From assembly GCA_015491905.1 (NCBI GenBank), contig WGGC01000066.1:3833-67832 (forward strand): a stretch of DNA of 64,000 nt, given 5' to 3'. This DNA comes from Bacteroidales bacterium (GTDB lineage Bacteria > Bacteroidota > Bacteroidia > Bacteroidales > F082). Positions within the stretch are counted from its first letter, which is position 1; each line of letters begins with the position of its first letter. Both the position numbers and the translations under genes were made by a program. This document shows, one piece after another, positions 25,706-35,588 of this stretch. Below the pieces are notes generated by a model. The model was not told the origin of the DNA. It searched no databases and saw only the letters and a list, made by a program, of their open reading frames with translations.

Positions 25706-27445
25706 TTATTTCTTTTCAATAAGTTTTATCATTTTTTGATGTTGTTCTCTTAAACTAGAGAAAATCATTGATATAGCTGTAAAATCATTTCTTATTTTTT
25801 CTATAATTTCCTGAGTGCCTACCAATAATAATTCGTCTCCTTTTTGTAGTGTTAATTCTGAATCAGGAAACAGCCAGTTTCCTTCTCTGAAAATAGCCAA
25901 TACCCGTGATTTCTTATAGATAAATAATGTTAATTTACCCTCTTTTCTTTCTTCTAGTTGATAATTATTATTTAATGACCCAAAGAAAAGTTGGCGATTA
26001 TCAGAAATGTCTATTGGGATACTTGATTCAAGTAAATTAAGCAGGTCATGTGCTTCAATTGGAACACTTGTTAAAGATAATTGTTGTTTGTAAAAAGAAA
26101 GAATAGTCCTGAGTTCATCAATCTGATGGACGGGGGAGAAAGATTTTGAAGAGACTTGGGCTTCATATAAGCTTTTATATTTAGGTTTCAATGCTTTAAC
26201 TAAATAAACCTGTATAAGAAATGCTGTTATAACCGCTAAAACAGCCGGGCCAAGTAGATTATAACCACCCGTCATTTCTGTTACCATAATTAATGTTGCT
26301 AATGGTACCCGGGCTGATGAACCAAATACTGCGGCCATACCTATTACAGCAAATATAGCAGGTGGTTGTCCAAATAATAACGCAACAAAGCTTCCCAAAG
26401 TAGCTCCTAAAAACAGGCTTGGAGCAAAAACACCTCCTGAACCGCCGGAGGATACGGTAAAAGCAAAAGCAAACATTTTAGCTATAAATATTAGAGGAAG
26501 TGCCCATAATAATATTTCCCCATTTATAGATTTTTGAATCCAACCATAACCTCCTCCTAATACTTGCGGAAAAAACAAAGCTAACAAACCTACTAACAAA
26601 GCTCCTATAGCCGGTTTAAAATGTGGCTTTATGGGAATCTTATGAAATAAATCTCTTATACCATAAAACACATTTGGTAAAATAACACCAATAACTCCAC
26701 TAAAAGCTCCAAGAAGTACTAAATAAAATAATGTACTTGCATGGGTTGCGATAAGGTTTCCGGGAACACTAAATAAGGGAAGCCATCCAACGAAAAAACC
26801 ATTTACAATATAAGCTACTATTGATCCCAGAAGAGTATAAACTAATGCGTCTGCTTCAAAGTCCATATCATTATATAATACTTCTACGGCAAAAATAGCA
26901 GTACCAATGGGGGCTCTGAAAATAGCAGACAATCCGGCAGCCATACCTATTAAAACCAGTAATCGGCGTTCTCTGTTAGAGCTTTTTTTTATAGAGGCAT
27001 ATATAGATCCAATTCCAGAACTAAATAACGCTGTTGGCCCTTCTCGTCCAGCTGATCCTCCTGTGCCAATTGTAATAGCAGAAGCAATAATTTTTAGCGG
27101 CGTTACCCGGGAACGTATAAACCCTCCTGTTCTGTGATAAGCACGCACTGCAGTATCTGTTCCATGTCCTTCAGCTTCAGGAGCCCATGTGTATATAATA
27201 AAACCGGAAATTAATCCCCCTAAAACAATTACTCCGATAATAATTAGTCCGCTGTGTTGTCCCATAGTCTGAACAAGCGTTCCTCCCATATTTGGTAATC
27301 CGGGAGCTTTATAGCCGGCTAGCATATTCAAGGCGTATTTGTTGACCAGTTTAAGTAAGAATAGAAATAATTGAGCCCCCAATGCTCCAACAATACCTAA
27401 AAGAATTGAATCTAACAAAAGTGCTTTCTGGTTTTCTTTTTCCAT
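25706..27445 (-). CDS. ClC-family chloride channel / H+/Cl- antiporter with C-terminal TrkA-C-like domain
   Basis: GGSAGREGP, FRAPIGTAIFAVE, SGGSGGVFAP, VTEMTGGY; C-terminal LAIFREG...LTLQKGDELLLVG. Confidence 0.88.
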   Translation of the reverse strand: MEKENQKALLLDSILLGIVGALGAQLFLFLLKLVNKYALNMLAGYKAPGLPNMGGTLVQTMGQHSGLIIIGVIVLGGLISGFIIYTWAPEAEGHGTDTAVRAYHRTGGFIRSRVTPLKIIASAITIGTGGSAGREGPTALFSSGIGSIYASIKKSSNRERRLLVLIGMAAGLSAIFRAPIGTAIFAVEVLYNDMDFEADALVYTLLGSIVAYIVNGFFVGWLPLFSVPGNLIATHASTLFYLVLLGAFSGVIGVILPNVFYGIRDLFHKIPIKPHFKPAIGALLVGLLALFFPQVLGGGYGWIQKSINGEILLWALPLIFIAKMFAFAFTVSSGGSGGVFAPSLFLGATLGSFVALLFGQPPAIFAVIGMAAVFGSSARVPLATLIMVTEMTGGYNLLGPAVLAVITAFLIQVYLVKALKPKYKSLYEAQVSSKSFSPVHQIDELRTILSFYKQQLSLTSVPIEAHDLLNLLESSIPIDISDNRQLFFGSLNNNYQLEERKEGKLTLFIYKKSRVLAIFREGNWLFPDSELTLQKGDELLLVGTQEIIEKIRNDFTAISMIFSSLREQHQKMIKLIEKK

Positions 27446-27649
27446 ATATGCCTGAATTTATGAAGCTTAGAAGATGTTAATTAGAATTGAATACATACAT
27501 ATTATTTTATGATACACAAAAATAAGATAAATAAAGATAAAACTATGTTGTTAATAAAAAACTTTAATTAGGTTAAAATTCAAATATTCTAATGGAAAAA
27601 CTTTAATGCAAGGAGTCACTTGACTGTTAGCAACATAAAATATGACATA

Positions 27650-27690
27650 TAAAAAAACCGGAAAATCATTTTTTCAAATCATTTTCCGGT
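27650..27690 (-). terminator. Intrinsic terminator of an orphan minus-strand transcript
   Basis: ACCGGAAAAT...ATTTTCCGGT hairpin followed on the minus strand by a T7 run. Confidence 0.65.
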
Positions 27691-27800
27691 CATCTTTTTC
27701 CAGACCGTAGCCTGCAAATTGATGGCAGGTTATTTTCGGTGCCTGATTTACTAACCATTCTCCGTAGAGGTTGACTTTCTTCAGGTTTTTTCTGGTCCAT
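27690..27800 (-). CDS. Candidate 36-aa small protein MDQKKPEESQPLRRMVSKSGTENNLPSICRLRSGKR
   Basis: Only ORF positioned directly before the terminator; A-rich context upstream of ATG; no family recognised. Confidence 0.3.
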   Translation of the reverse strand: MDQKKPEESQPLRRMVSKSGTENNLPSICRLRSGKR

Positions 27801-28069
27801 TTTGAATGATGGTATCTTTTTTACATAAAATTTAAACTATGCCGGAGCTTAATCTAAACTTTTTGTATTGAAAATAAACATCATTTTCAAAATTTCATCC
27901 CAGAAAGTAACCGGTTATTTACTCCTTTTTGCAAAGAACCGAATTCTCCATGAGATTTCGTTAAAGAGATTTTATCTCCGGTTTAACTCCCTCTTTTCAG
28001 ATTTTGTTTCACCTTCGTTTCTTTCTGCTTTATGTAAAAGAACCTGCACTTTATTTTCACCTGCTGATA

Positions 28070-28102
28070 CAAATGTACGTTCATTTATGTTTAAAAGTCA
28101 AA
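28070..28102 (-). promoter_or_regulatory. Full-consensus Bacteroidetes promoter TTTG-N21-TACATTTG
   Basis: -33 TTTG at 28099-28102 and -7 TACATTTG at 28070-28077, minus strand. Confidence 0.6.
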
Positions 28103-28183
28103 TTATTAAAATCCCGGTTTCACACAATCTTTTAACAAATGATTTCAACAAATGTTTATAACCACTTTAAACGCTGGTAATTA

Positions 28184-28630
28184 TTAGCTTTCAGCACGAC
28201 GTTCTTTAAAAAATTTTTGTAAAAGAGCTATACTTTCATCTGCAAAAACATTCGTTTTTACTTTTGTACCCGGGTGTAAAATCTGTTTTGCCGTTTTTGA
28301 ATAACCGCGCTTTTCATCTTTTGCTCCAAATACTAATTTTCCAAGACGGCTCCAATAAGAAGCTCCTGCACACATTAAACAGGGTTCTAAAGTAACGTAC
28401 AATGTACATTCATTTAAATATTTGCTTCCCAGAAAATTTTCTGCAGCAGTAATAGCTAACATTTCAGCATGAGCTGTAACATCATTTAGTTTCTCCGTTA
28501 AATTATGGGCACGTGCTATTACCTGATTATTACAAACCACAACTGCTCCAATTGGTATTTCACCTTCATAATAAGCTGCTTGTGCTTCTTTTAAAGCTAT
28601 TTCCATGAAATATTCATCGGAAAAAATCAT
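28184..28630 (-). CDS. tadA: tRNA adenosine deaminase
   Basis: GEIPIGAVVV, TAHAEMLA, YVTLEPCLMC. Confidence 0.92.
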   Translation of the reverse strand: MIFSDEYFMEIALKEAQAAYYEGEIPIGAVVVCNNQVIARAHNLTEKLNDVTAHAEMLAITAAENFLGSKYLNECTLYVTLEPCLMCAGASYWSRLGKLVFGAKDEKRGYSKTAKQILHPGTKVKTNVFADESIALLQKFFKERRAES

Positions 28631-28870
28631 CCTGTTTTATAATTTATTGCGAATTTATAATTTTATCTGAGTAAAATTTAATACATGTAAAAATTAAATA
28701 AGCAAGTATTTTTTTGTTTGTTAAAAGATTAAGTAATTTTGCTTGTCTTATGATGAATAATATCTCAAAATTTGATTTTACATAGAAAAAATTAAAGAGG
28801 GATTTATTTAAAATCATAAAAGGCTAAATTAATTTACATGTTTTTTTCGAAAAATTAAAATGATAGAAAT

Positions 28871-31024
28871 ATGAAAAAATTTTCTCTTTGGATTGTAATT
28901 ATTTTTATTGCAACACCCTTTTTTGCATTTTCACAAAATAAAATGCTCACTGCTGCAGATGCTTCTTATATGAATCCTGCTGTTTTCCCAAAGTTTATGC
29001 GTCAGTTGCAATGGATTGGCGATACTCATCAATTCGCATATAATAAAAACAATAAAATCATTGCTTTGCAAGTAAATAAACCTGATGAAAACCTTCTCTT
29101 TAATTTAAAAACGTTTAACACCGATTTGAAAAAGTCCGGATTTAAATCCATGTCACGATTTCCACAATTTAAGTTTATTAAACAGGGGGTTGCTCTTTTT
29201 TCAAATAAAGGGGTTTTCTATCAATATAACTATATAACACATAAAGTCAAAAAATTAAACACTATACCAAAGGGTGCTGAAAATGTGTTTTTTAATAAAA
29301 ATAACAATAAAGTGGCATATACTTTAAAAAACAACTTGTTTTATGCCGAAAATGGAAAATCAATACAAATTACACATGAAAAAAATCCGGGAATAGTAAA
29401 CGGACAGATTGTTTCAAGAAATGAATTCGGTATTGATAAGGGTATTTTTTGGTCTCCTAACGGAAACAGCCTTGCCTTTTATCGTAAAGATCAGTCGGGA
29501 GTAACAGATTATCCACTGGTAAATATTAATCCTCGTCCTGCAAAACTTAAAAATATAAAATATCCCATGACGGGGATGACAAGCGAAATAATAAAACTTG
29601 GCGTTTATAATTTTATTTCCGGAAAAACCATTTACCTGGATACAGATACCGGTCATTTTGGTGGAAAAAATCACTATCTTATTTCCGTTACCTGGGGGCC
29701 TGAAGAAAAATATATATACCTGGCTATTTTAAACCGGGGGCAAGATCATCTGTGGATGAATAAATATAATGCTCAAACAGGAAAGTTTGTAAAAACACTT
29801 TTTGAGGAAACAAATCCAAAATATGTAGATCCTTCTAATCCGCTTTACTTTAATCCTTTTAATCCTGATCAATTTGTATGGATAAGCCGAAGAGATGGGT
29901 GGAACCATATGTATTTATATAATACTGAAGGGAAACTATTAAAACAACTGGGAAAAGGACGTTGGGAAATAACGAAATTTTTTGGGTTTTATCGTAAAAA
30001 TAAAATTTATTATCAATCAACAAAAGAAAGTCCTATTCAAAAAAACATCTATTCTGTCGATATTCGCACTAATAAAATTTCCCGTTTATCTTCGGATCAT
30101 GGTACTCATGATGCTGTTATAAGCAAAGATGGTAGATATTTAATTGATAATTATAGTAACCTTGAAACGGCAAGAGCTTATAATTTAATTAGCTATAAAG
30201 GAAAAATTATACGAACACTTCAGAAAGACGCACACCCTTTAAAAAATTACAATCTGGGAAAAATGTCCATTTTTAATATCAAATCACCTATAGATGGACG
30301 CAAATTATATTGCAGGATAATAAAACCTGCTAACTTCGATAGTACGAAAAAGTATCCTGTTATTGTATATGTTTATGGCGGCCCGCATGTACAACTTATT
30401 ACTGACTCTTGGTTAGGAGGTGCCGGATTGTTCCTGAATTATCTGGCACAAAGCGGATATGTTATTTTTACACTGGATAATCATGGTTCAGAAAACAGAG
30501 GAAGAGAATTTGAGCAGGTAATTTTCAGGCATTTGGGTACTAATGAAATAAAAGACCAGATGGCAGGGGTAAAATATTTAAAAACACTTCCTTTTGTTGA
30601 TACTACAAAAATTGGGGTAGATGGTTGGAGCTATGGTGGTTTTATGACCACCTCATTAATGGTTCGTAAGCCAGGAGTTTTTAAAGTGGCTGTTGCCGGT
30701 GGACCTGTTATCGATTGGAAATATTATGAGGTGATGTATGGAGAACGTTATATGGATACCCCCAAAGAAAACCCTGAAGGATATAAAGAAGCCAGTACAT
30801 TAACTTATGTAAAAAATTTACAGGGACATTTAATGCTAATACATGGAACTATGGATCCTGTTGTTGTTTGGCAAAATAGTTTAATGTTCTTACAGAAAGC
30901 CATTGGAATGAATAAATTAATGGATTATTTTGTTTACCCCGGTCAAGAGCATGGCGTACGAGGAAAAGACAGAATCCAGCTTACACGAAAAATCAAAACC
31001 TATTTTGATGATTGGTTGAAATAA
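28871..31024 (+). CDS. Dipeptidyl-peptidase IV (S9B)
   Basis: DPP-IV N-terminal propeller (FWSPNG, KYPMTG); GWSYGG nucleophile elbow; HGTMD; HG catalytic His. Confidence 0.92.
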   Translation: MKKFSLWIVIIFIATPFFAFSQNKMLTAADASYMNPAVFPKFMRQLQWIGDTHQFAYNKNNKIIALQVNKPDENLLFNLKTFNTDLKKSGFKSMSRFPQFKFIKQGVALFSNKGVFYQYNYITHKVKKLNTIPKGAENVFFNKNNNKVAYTLKNNLFYAENGKSIQITHEKNPGIVNGQIVSRNEFGIDKGIFWSPNGNSLAFYRKDQSGVTDYPLVNINPRPAKLKNIKYPMTGMTSEIIKLGVYNFISGKTIYLDTDTGHFGGKNHYLISVTWGPEEKYIYLAILNRGQDHLWMNKYNAQTGKFVKTLFEETNPKYVDPSNPLYFNPFNPDQFVWISRRDGWNHMYLYNTEGKLLKQLGKGRWEITKFFGFYRKNKIYYQSTKESPIQKNIYSVDIRTNKISRLSSDHGTHDAVISKDGRYLIDNYSNLETARAYNLISYKGKIIRTLQKDAHPLKNYNLGKMSIFNIKSPIDGRKLYCRIIKPANFDSTKKYPVIVYVYGGPHVQLITDSWLGGAGLFLNYLAQSGYVIFTLDNHGSENRGREFEQVIFRHLGTNEIKDQMAGVKYLKTLPFVDTTKIGVDGWSYGGFMTTSLMVRKPGVFKVAVAGGPVIDWKYYEVMYGERYMDTPKENPEGYKEASTLTYVKNLQGHLMLIHGTMDPVVVWQNSLMFLQKAIGMNKLMDYFVYPGQEHGVRGKDRIQLTRKIKTYFDDWLK

Positions 31025-31075
31025 CTGATTAAGGCTTTGAATTTATAATTGGAAATACTATTTATTAATAAATAA

Positions 31076-31106
31076 AAAGAGGCCGTCTTTTAAAGATGGC
31101 CTCTTT
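31076..31106. terminator. Hairpin terminator between convergent genes
   Basis: AAAGAGGCCGTCT...AGATGGCCTCTTT. Confidence 0.65.
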
Positions 31107-31128
31107 AGCAATGTAAACCAAAATGTTA

Positions 31129-31962
31129 TTATTTTAATGTTATAGTTTTTGTTTCTCCATTTATGGTGATGGTTGCTATGTTATCACATAACCCTTCTCC
31201 ATAATCTAACACTCTTGTTGCTCTTCCTTGTATTTTAATATTAACTGTTCCTGCTACAAAATATTTACAACTTAATATTTTTACAAGTGGTTTTACAATT
31301 TTACTTTCCCATGCAACTCCATTTGCGCGTACTCCATATGATGTTCCTGTAATAAGAAAAACATCATCCTTACGATCTTTAGGAGTAGTCATGCCACGTG
31401 CCCATTCTCTAATAAACTTGGATGTCCAGGAAATTGTTCCCCCATTATCTTTTTTAGTGATTACACCTATTACTTCTGTTGTAAAAATGAGATGACCTTT
31501 TTTATTTAAACCTCTGTTAATTATTGATTTAGATCCGGAAATCTTATTGTCATTAACGAAATAATTATCAAAACGATAAGTAATAACAGTTCCTGGTTTC
31601 CAATAGGGACCATTAAAAGAAATAAGTATTTTACCTCTACGGTAACGACCATCTTTTCCCTTACAGTTTGTATTTCCAAAGTCAATCGTTAAAACCCTGG
31701 GCCTTGCATTTGTGTCCAAGGTTATGGTAGAACAACCTCCAAGATAATTTGTTTCTGCTGCTGAACTTTTAAAAAAGTTTACAACATTATAAGCTTCATT
31801 ACCAATATCTGTTGAATTGGTAAAAATACTTTGTGCAAGAAACTCATCTGAAGAATAAGTCGGTTCATTTGTGCTTTGTTGATTTTTTTGACAAGAACTG
31901 AAAATAAACCCGGTAATAAAAATAAATATTACACTGAAGAACAGAATGTTAAATTTTTTCAT
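31129..31962 (-). CDS. Hypothetical lipoprotein (Bacteroidetes beta-rich family)
   Basis: Lipobox FSS-CQK; TIDFGNTNCKGKDGRYRRGKI; LDYGEGLCDN. Confidence 0.7.
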   Translation of the reverse strand: MKKFNILFFSVIFIFITGFIFSSCQKNQQSTNEPTYSSDEFLAQSIFTNSTDIGNEAYNVVNFFKSSAAETNYLGGCSTITLDTNARPRVLTIDFGNTNCKGKDGRYRRGKILISFNGPYWKPGTVITYRFDNYFVNDNKISGSKSIINRGLNKKGHLIFTTEVIGVITKKDNGGTISWTSKFIREWARGMTTPKDRKDDVFLITGTSYGVRANGVAWESKIVKPLVKILSCKYFVAGTVNIKIQGRATRVLDYGEGLCDNIATITINGETKTITLK

Positions 31963-32099
31963 TTTAATCTTATTTTAGTTTTTTATAGTCATTAGACAAA
32001 TTAAAATCATTAAATATTCCCCAATACATCTGTTTTCATTATTAATTCATATACATTTACTCTACTTTTGCATGAAATATTAAATTAACTCCGCCTTAA

Positions 32100-32594
32100 A
32101 TGCCCTATTATTTTAAAGCGCTTCAGGTTTTTTTGTTAGCGATGATAAAATATTTCTACGCTCCTATTTATGGTGTTGCTATAGGGTTAGGGTTTTGGTG
32201 GAACTATTTTGCGTTGATATCTGGCGGTTTAATTGGTTTTTACATATACTATTATTTTTCCAGAAGGATAATAGAAATGTTTCGTTGGATTGGACAAAAT
32301 TTCCGGAAGTTAAAATCCAAAAATATCAGTACTAATGTTAACCCATCTTTGAAAAAGAGCCATCCTTCGAAAATAATTTTTAAAAGGAATAGGTGGATTG
32401 TAAAGCTGAAATATCATTATGGTATGTGGGGAATAATTATTTTAACTCCTGTTTTGCTTTCATTACCAATAGGAGCCTTTTTACTTAGAAAATATTATTT
32501 CAATAATAAAAAAGCTTTACCTCTGATGTTTCTATCTATTATTGTAGAAGGGTTTATGCTATGCCTGGCATATTATGAATTAGCTAAAATTTAA
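32100..32594 (+). CDS. Small membrane protein (small multidrug export protein-like)
   Basis: Hydrophobic segments; YGMWGIIILTPVLLSLPIGAFL. Confidence 0.55.
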   Translation: MPYYFKALQVFLLAMIKYFYAPIYGVAIGLGFWWNYFALISGGLIGFYIYYYFSRRIIEMFRWIGQNFRKLKSKNISTNVNPSLKKSHPSKIIFKRNRWIVKLKYHYGMWGIIILTPVLLSLPIGAFLLRKYYFNNKKALPLMFLSIIVEGFMLCLAYYELAKI

Positions 32595-33409
32595 TGCAGA
32601 GAAATTGTGAAAGCCATATTTATCCCATAGTAAATAGCAGTATTTCTTCCTGCTATAGCTACAGGAGTATATATAACTATTAAATAATTCTTTCCGGTTT
32701 CTATTGTTACTCCTGTATTAAATATAAGACCAAAATCTGAAAACCTGTCATAAAGTCGATTTTTATAATGAAAATCAAGTCCCCCTATAAGTTGAAGTTG
32801 TTGATTAAAAATATAATATCCAATCTCAGAATGAGCAAATAACTCATTGGAATAATTACTTCCATTTGCTAAAGTGTTCTGCAATTGCACATCTGTGTCT
32901 AACGAAAGCCTTTCAGAAAACTGATTAGTAAAGGTGATGCCGTAAGCAATAGATGTTGTTCTCCAAGGCTCGGATGTGGCAGGTAAAGCTAAAAAGGAAA
33001 GCCGGTTATTAATAAAATTTATTCCTAATAATAAAGCTCCGGCAAATTTTTTATTTCTGAGAAAAGTATATTTTGAACCAAAAGATAAAGAAGATAAGTC
33101 TGTTGTCATAATCGTGCCAACTTCCATATCTTGTGTTAACCCATATGTAAACCTTAAATATAAATCGCTTGTTATATCAATACTATCTTTGTTGGGAGAA
33201 TAATAAAATTGTTTACCATAAGAGGAAAAACCTTTTTTCGACATTAAATAAGAAAATGAAGGTTCAATTTCTGAATGATGAAAAGGAACTGTATATGCAT
33301 TTGAAACAACCAATTTTGATGAGGAAACCCCACTAACTTGTGAATAACCTGAAAATGACTGTAAAAAAAATATGCCGGTTAATATAAAAAGAATTGCCTT
33401 AATTCGCAT
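32591..33409 (-). CDS. Hypothetical exported protein, probable outer-membrane beta-barrel
   Basis: Signal peptide; alternating amphipathic strands (LRFTYGLTQDMEVG, GVTIETG). Confidence 0.55.
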   Translation of the reverse strand: MRIKAILFILTGIFFLQSFSGYSQVSGVSSSKLVVSNAYTVPFHHSEIEPSFSYLMSKKGFSSYGKQFYYSPNKDSIDITSDLYLRFTYGLTQDMEVGTIMTTDLSSLSFGSKYTFLRNKKFAGALLLGINFINNRLSFLALPATSEPWRTTSIAYGITFTNQFSERLSLDTDVQLQNTLANGSNYSNELFAHSEIGYYIFNQQLQLIGGLDFHYKNRLYDRFSDFGLIFNTGVTIETGKNYLIVIYTPVAIAGRNTAIYYGINMAFTISLH

Positions 33410-33532
33410 AAACTAAAAAATTAAATAGCAAAAGTAGTTTATTTTATAAGTATAATAATTACTAAACAATAAGAAAAAATTAATGCTTTTTCTTAATATT
33501 CCTATATTGAAATAATTAGACACAAAATATTT

Positions 33533-35314
33533 TTATTGGGAATAAATTTCCTCTATAATATGATTATACTTTTTTAATATCACTCTTCTTTTCAGTTTAA
33601 GTGTAGGAGAAAGTTCTCCGGTCTCTGTTGACCAATTTTCGCATACTAGTCTAAAAACCTTTATTTGTTCTGTATGTCCTAATTGCTTGTTATAAAGGTC
33701 TACCTCCTGCTGATAGCGGGCTATTACTTTTGGTTTTCTTATCAGTTCTTTGTTATCTCTGTATTTAATATTATGTAGAGAACACCATTTATGCAGATAA
33801 TCAAAATCAGGAACAATCAGTGCGGCAGTAAACTTTTTATTTTCACCAACGACCATTAATTGCTCAATAAACATAGATTCTTTGAAAATATTTTCAATCA
33901 TCTGCGGAGCCACATATTTTCCTCCTGAAAGTTTAAAAATTTCCTTTTTCCTGTCAGTAATTCTCAACATTCTCATGTCGTCCAATTCACCAATGTCGCC
34001 GGTATGAAACCAACCATCACTATCAATTACTTCACGTGTTTTCTCAGGATCTTTATAATAACCTTTCATCACATTAGGTCCTTTTACCAAAATTTCACCA
34101 TCATCTGCAATTTTTACTTCAACACCATCCGCCAACACACCTACCCATCCAAACCGGATATATGGATAGTATGATTTATTAGCTGCGACAACAGGTGAGG
34201 TTTCTGTCAACCCGTAACCTTCCTGTACTAAAATTCCTGCAGCCCAGAAAATACGGGCAAGCCGTGGTTGCAAAGCAGCTCCTCCTGAAATAACACCTTT
34301 TAAATGACCGCCCAATGCTTCTTTCCATTTATTTAAAACCAGTTTTCGTGCTATACTGAGCTGCATGTTATATAACTTGCTTCTTTCTTTTGGGTTTGGG
34401 TTGTATTTATCACCAATCTTTACAGCCCAAAAGAAAATAGATTTTTTTATTCCGGTCATTTCACGTCCTTTCAAAATAATTTTATCATAAATTTTTTCAA
34501 AAACACGCGGAACTGTAATAAAAGTATGAGCTTTTATTTCCTGTAAATTTTCTACAATAGTCTCTATACTTTCGGCATAATAAATTGATAAACCTACCGA
34601 CTGCCATACATAATTCCCTGTCCGTTCTAAAATATGACACATAGGTAAAAAACTTAACGCACGATCACCTGGTTGTAAATTAGCTACATAATCTTGCGAC
34701 ATGTAAACGTTACTGATAACATTTTTGTGTGTTAGCATTACACCTTTGGAAAGTCCTGTTGTTCCGGAAGTATATATTAATGTTAGCAGATCGTCTTCAC
34801 TTACTTCCTTTTTCCTGTTTTCTATCATTGGAAAAAGTTCCATTTCTTTTTCTGCATTATCTACAAAAAGCTCTTGCCAGTTTTTAGCTCCTTTTACATC
34901 ATCAAAGGTGTAAATATCTTCTAAAGTATCAATATCATTTACAAAATGTTTTAGTCTTTCATATAAATCTTTATCCGATACTATTAACATTTTAGCCTCT
35001 GAATGAGATAATATATGCTGATATTCAGTATCACTAATTGTAGGGTAAATGCTAACATGCACACAACCTATCTGTGTCATACCCATATCCACAAAATTCC
35101 ACTCCGGACGATTATTACTTACTGTAGCAATTTTATCTCCTTTTTTAAAGCCTTTGTTTAACAGTGCTATACTAAATAAATCAGTATATTTTCTGTAGTC
35201 AGCCGTACTAAAAGTTTCCCATTTTCCATGTCTTTTTACAGCAAGGGCAATTTCCTTGGGGAAATTCTTTTCGGCATTAGTTAATAAATCAAAAGTTCTC
35301 TTTACTGATTCCAT
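33533..35314 (-). CDS. fadD: Long-chain fatty-acid--CoA ligase (AMP-binding)
   Basis: IYTSGTTGLSKGVMLTH, QEGYGLTETSP, GWFHTGDIG, ITDRKKEIFKLSGGKYVAP. Confidence 0.9.
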   Translation of the reverse strand: MESVKRTFDLLTNAEKNFPKEIALAVKRHGKWETFSTADYRKYTDLFSIALLNKGFKKGDKIATVSNNRPEWNFVDMGMTQIGCVHVSIYPTISDTEYQHILSHSEAKMLIVSDKDLYERLKHFVNDIDTLEDIYTFDDVKGAKNWQELFVDNAEKEMELFPMIENRKKEVSEDDLLTLIYTSGTTGLSKGVMLTHKNVISNVYMSQDYVANLQPGDRALSFLPMCHILERTGNYVWQSVGLSIYYAESIETIVENLQEIKAHTFITVPRVFEKIYDKIILKGREMTGIKKSIFFWAVKIGDKYNPNPKERSKLYNMQLSIARKLVLNKWKEALGGHLKGVISGGAALQPRLARIFWAAGILVQEGYGLTETSPVVAANKSYYPYIRFGWVGVLADGVEVKIADDGEILVKGPNVMKGYYKDPEKTREVIDSDGWFHTGDIGELDDMRMLRITDRKKEIFKLSGGKYVAPQMIENIFKESMFIEQLMVVGENKKFTAALIVPDFDYLHKWCSLHNIKYRDNKELIRKPKVIARYQQEVDLYNKQLGHTEQIKVFRLVCENWSTETGELSPTLKLKRRVILKKYNHIIEEIYSQ

Positions 35315-35575
35315 TTTTTAGACCTTTAAGGAGTTAAAAATAAGCATATTTATCTATATATGTGTGCTACAAAACATTACACCACTAATATATAAATATT
35401 TTCTTAAAAAAATACGTATTTAAAATAAGATTATAGAATTTATGAAATTGACTTTAATCCTTATGATTTGAGAACATTACGTGTGATAGCGTATTATTAG
35501 ATAAAAAATATGAAAATGGTTTTAGCAGTATTTATTTTAGAAGTAAAAAGCTTATGCGACCGTTTTGTTTTTTAT

Positions 35576-35583
35576 TATTTTTG
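35576..35583 (+). promoter_or_regulatory. -7 element TATTTTTG only 5 nt before the trpS ATG
   Basis: TATTTTTG-cgtcc-ATG. Confidence 0.55.
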
Positions 35584-35588
35584 CGTCC

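Noticed and set aside
27868-28161. 97-aa plus-strand ORF
   Set aside because: F/L/S-rich composition typical of an antisense frame; the promoter and terminator here point along the minus strand.
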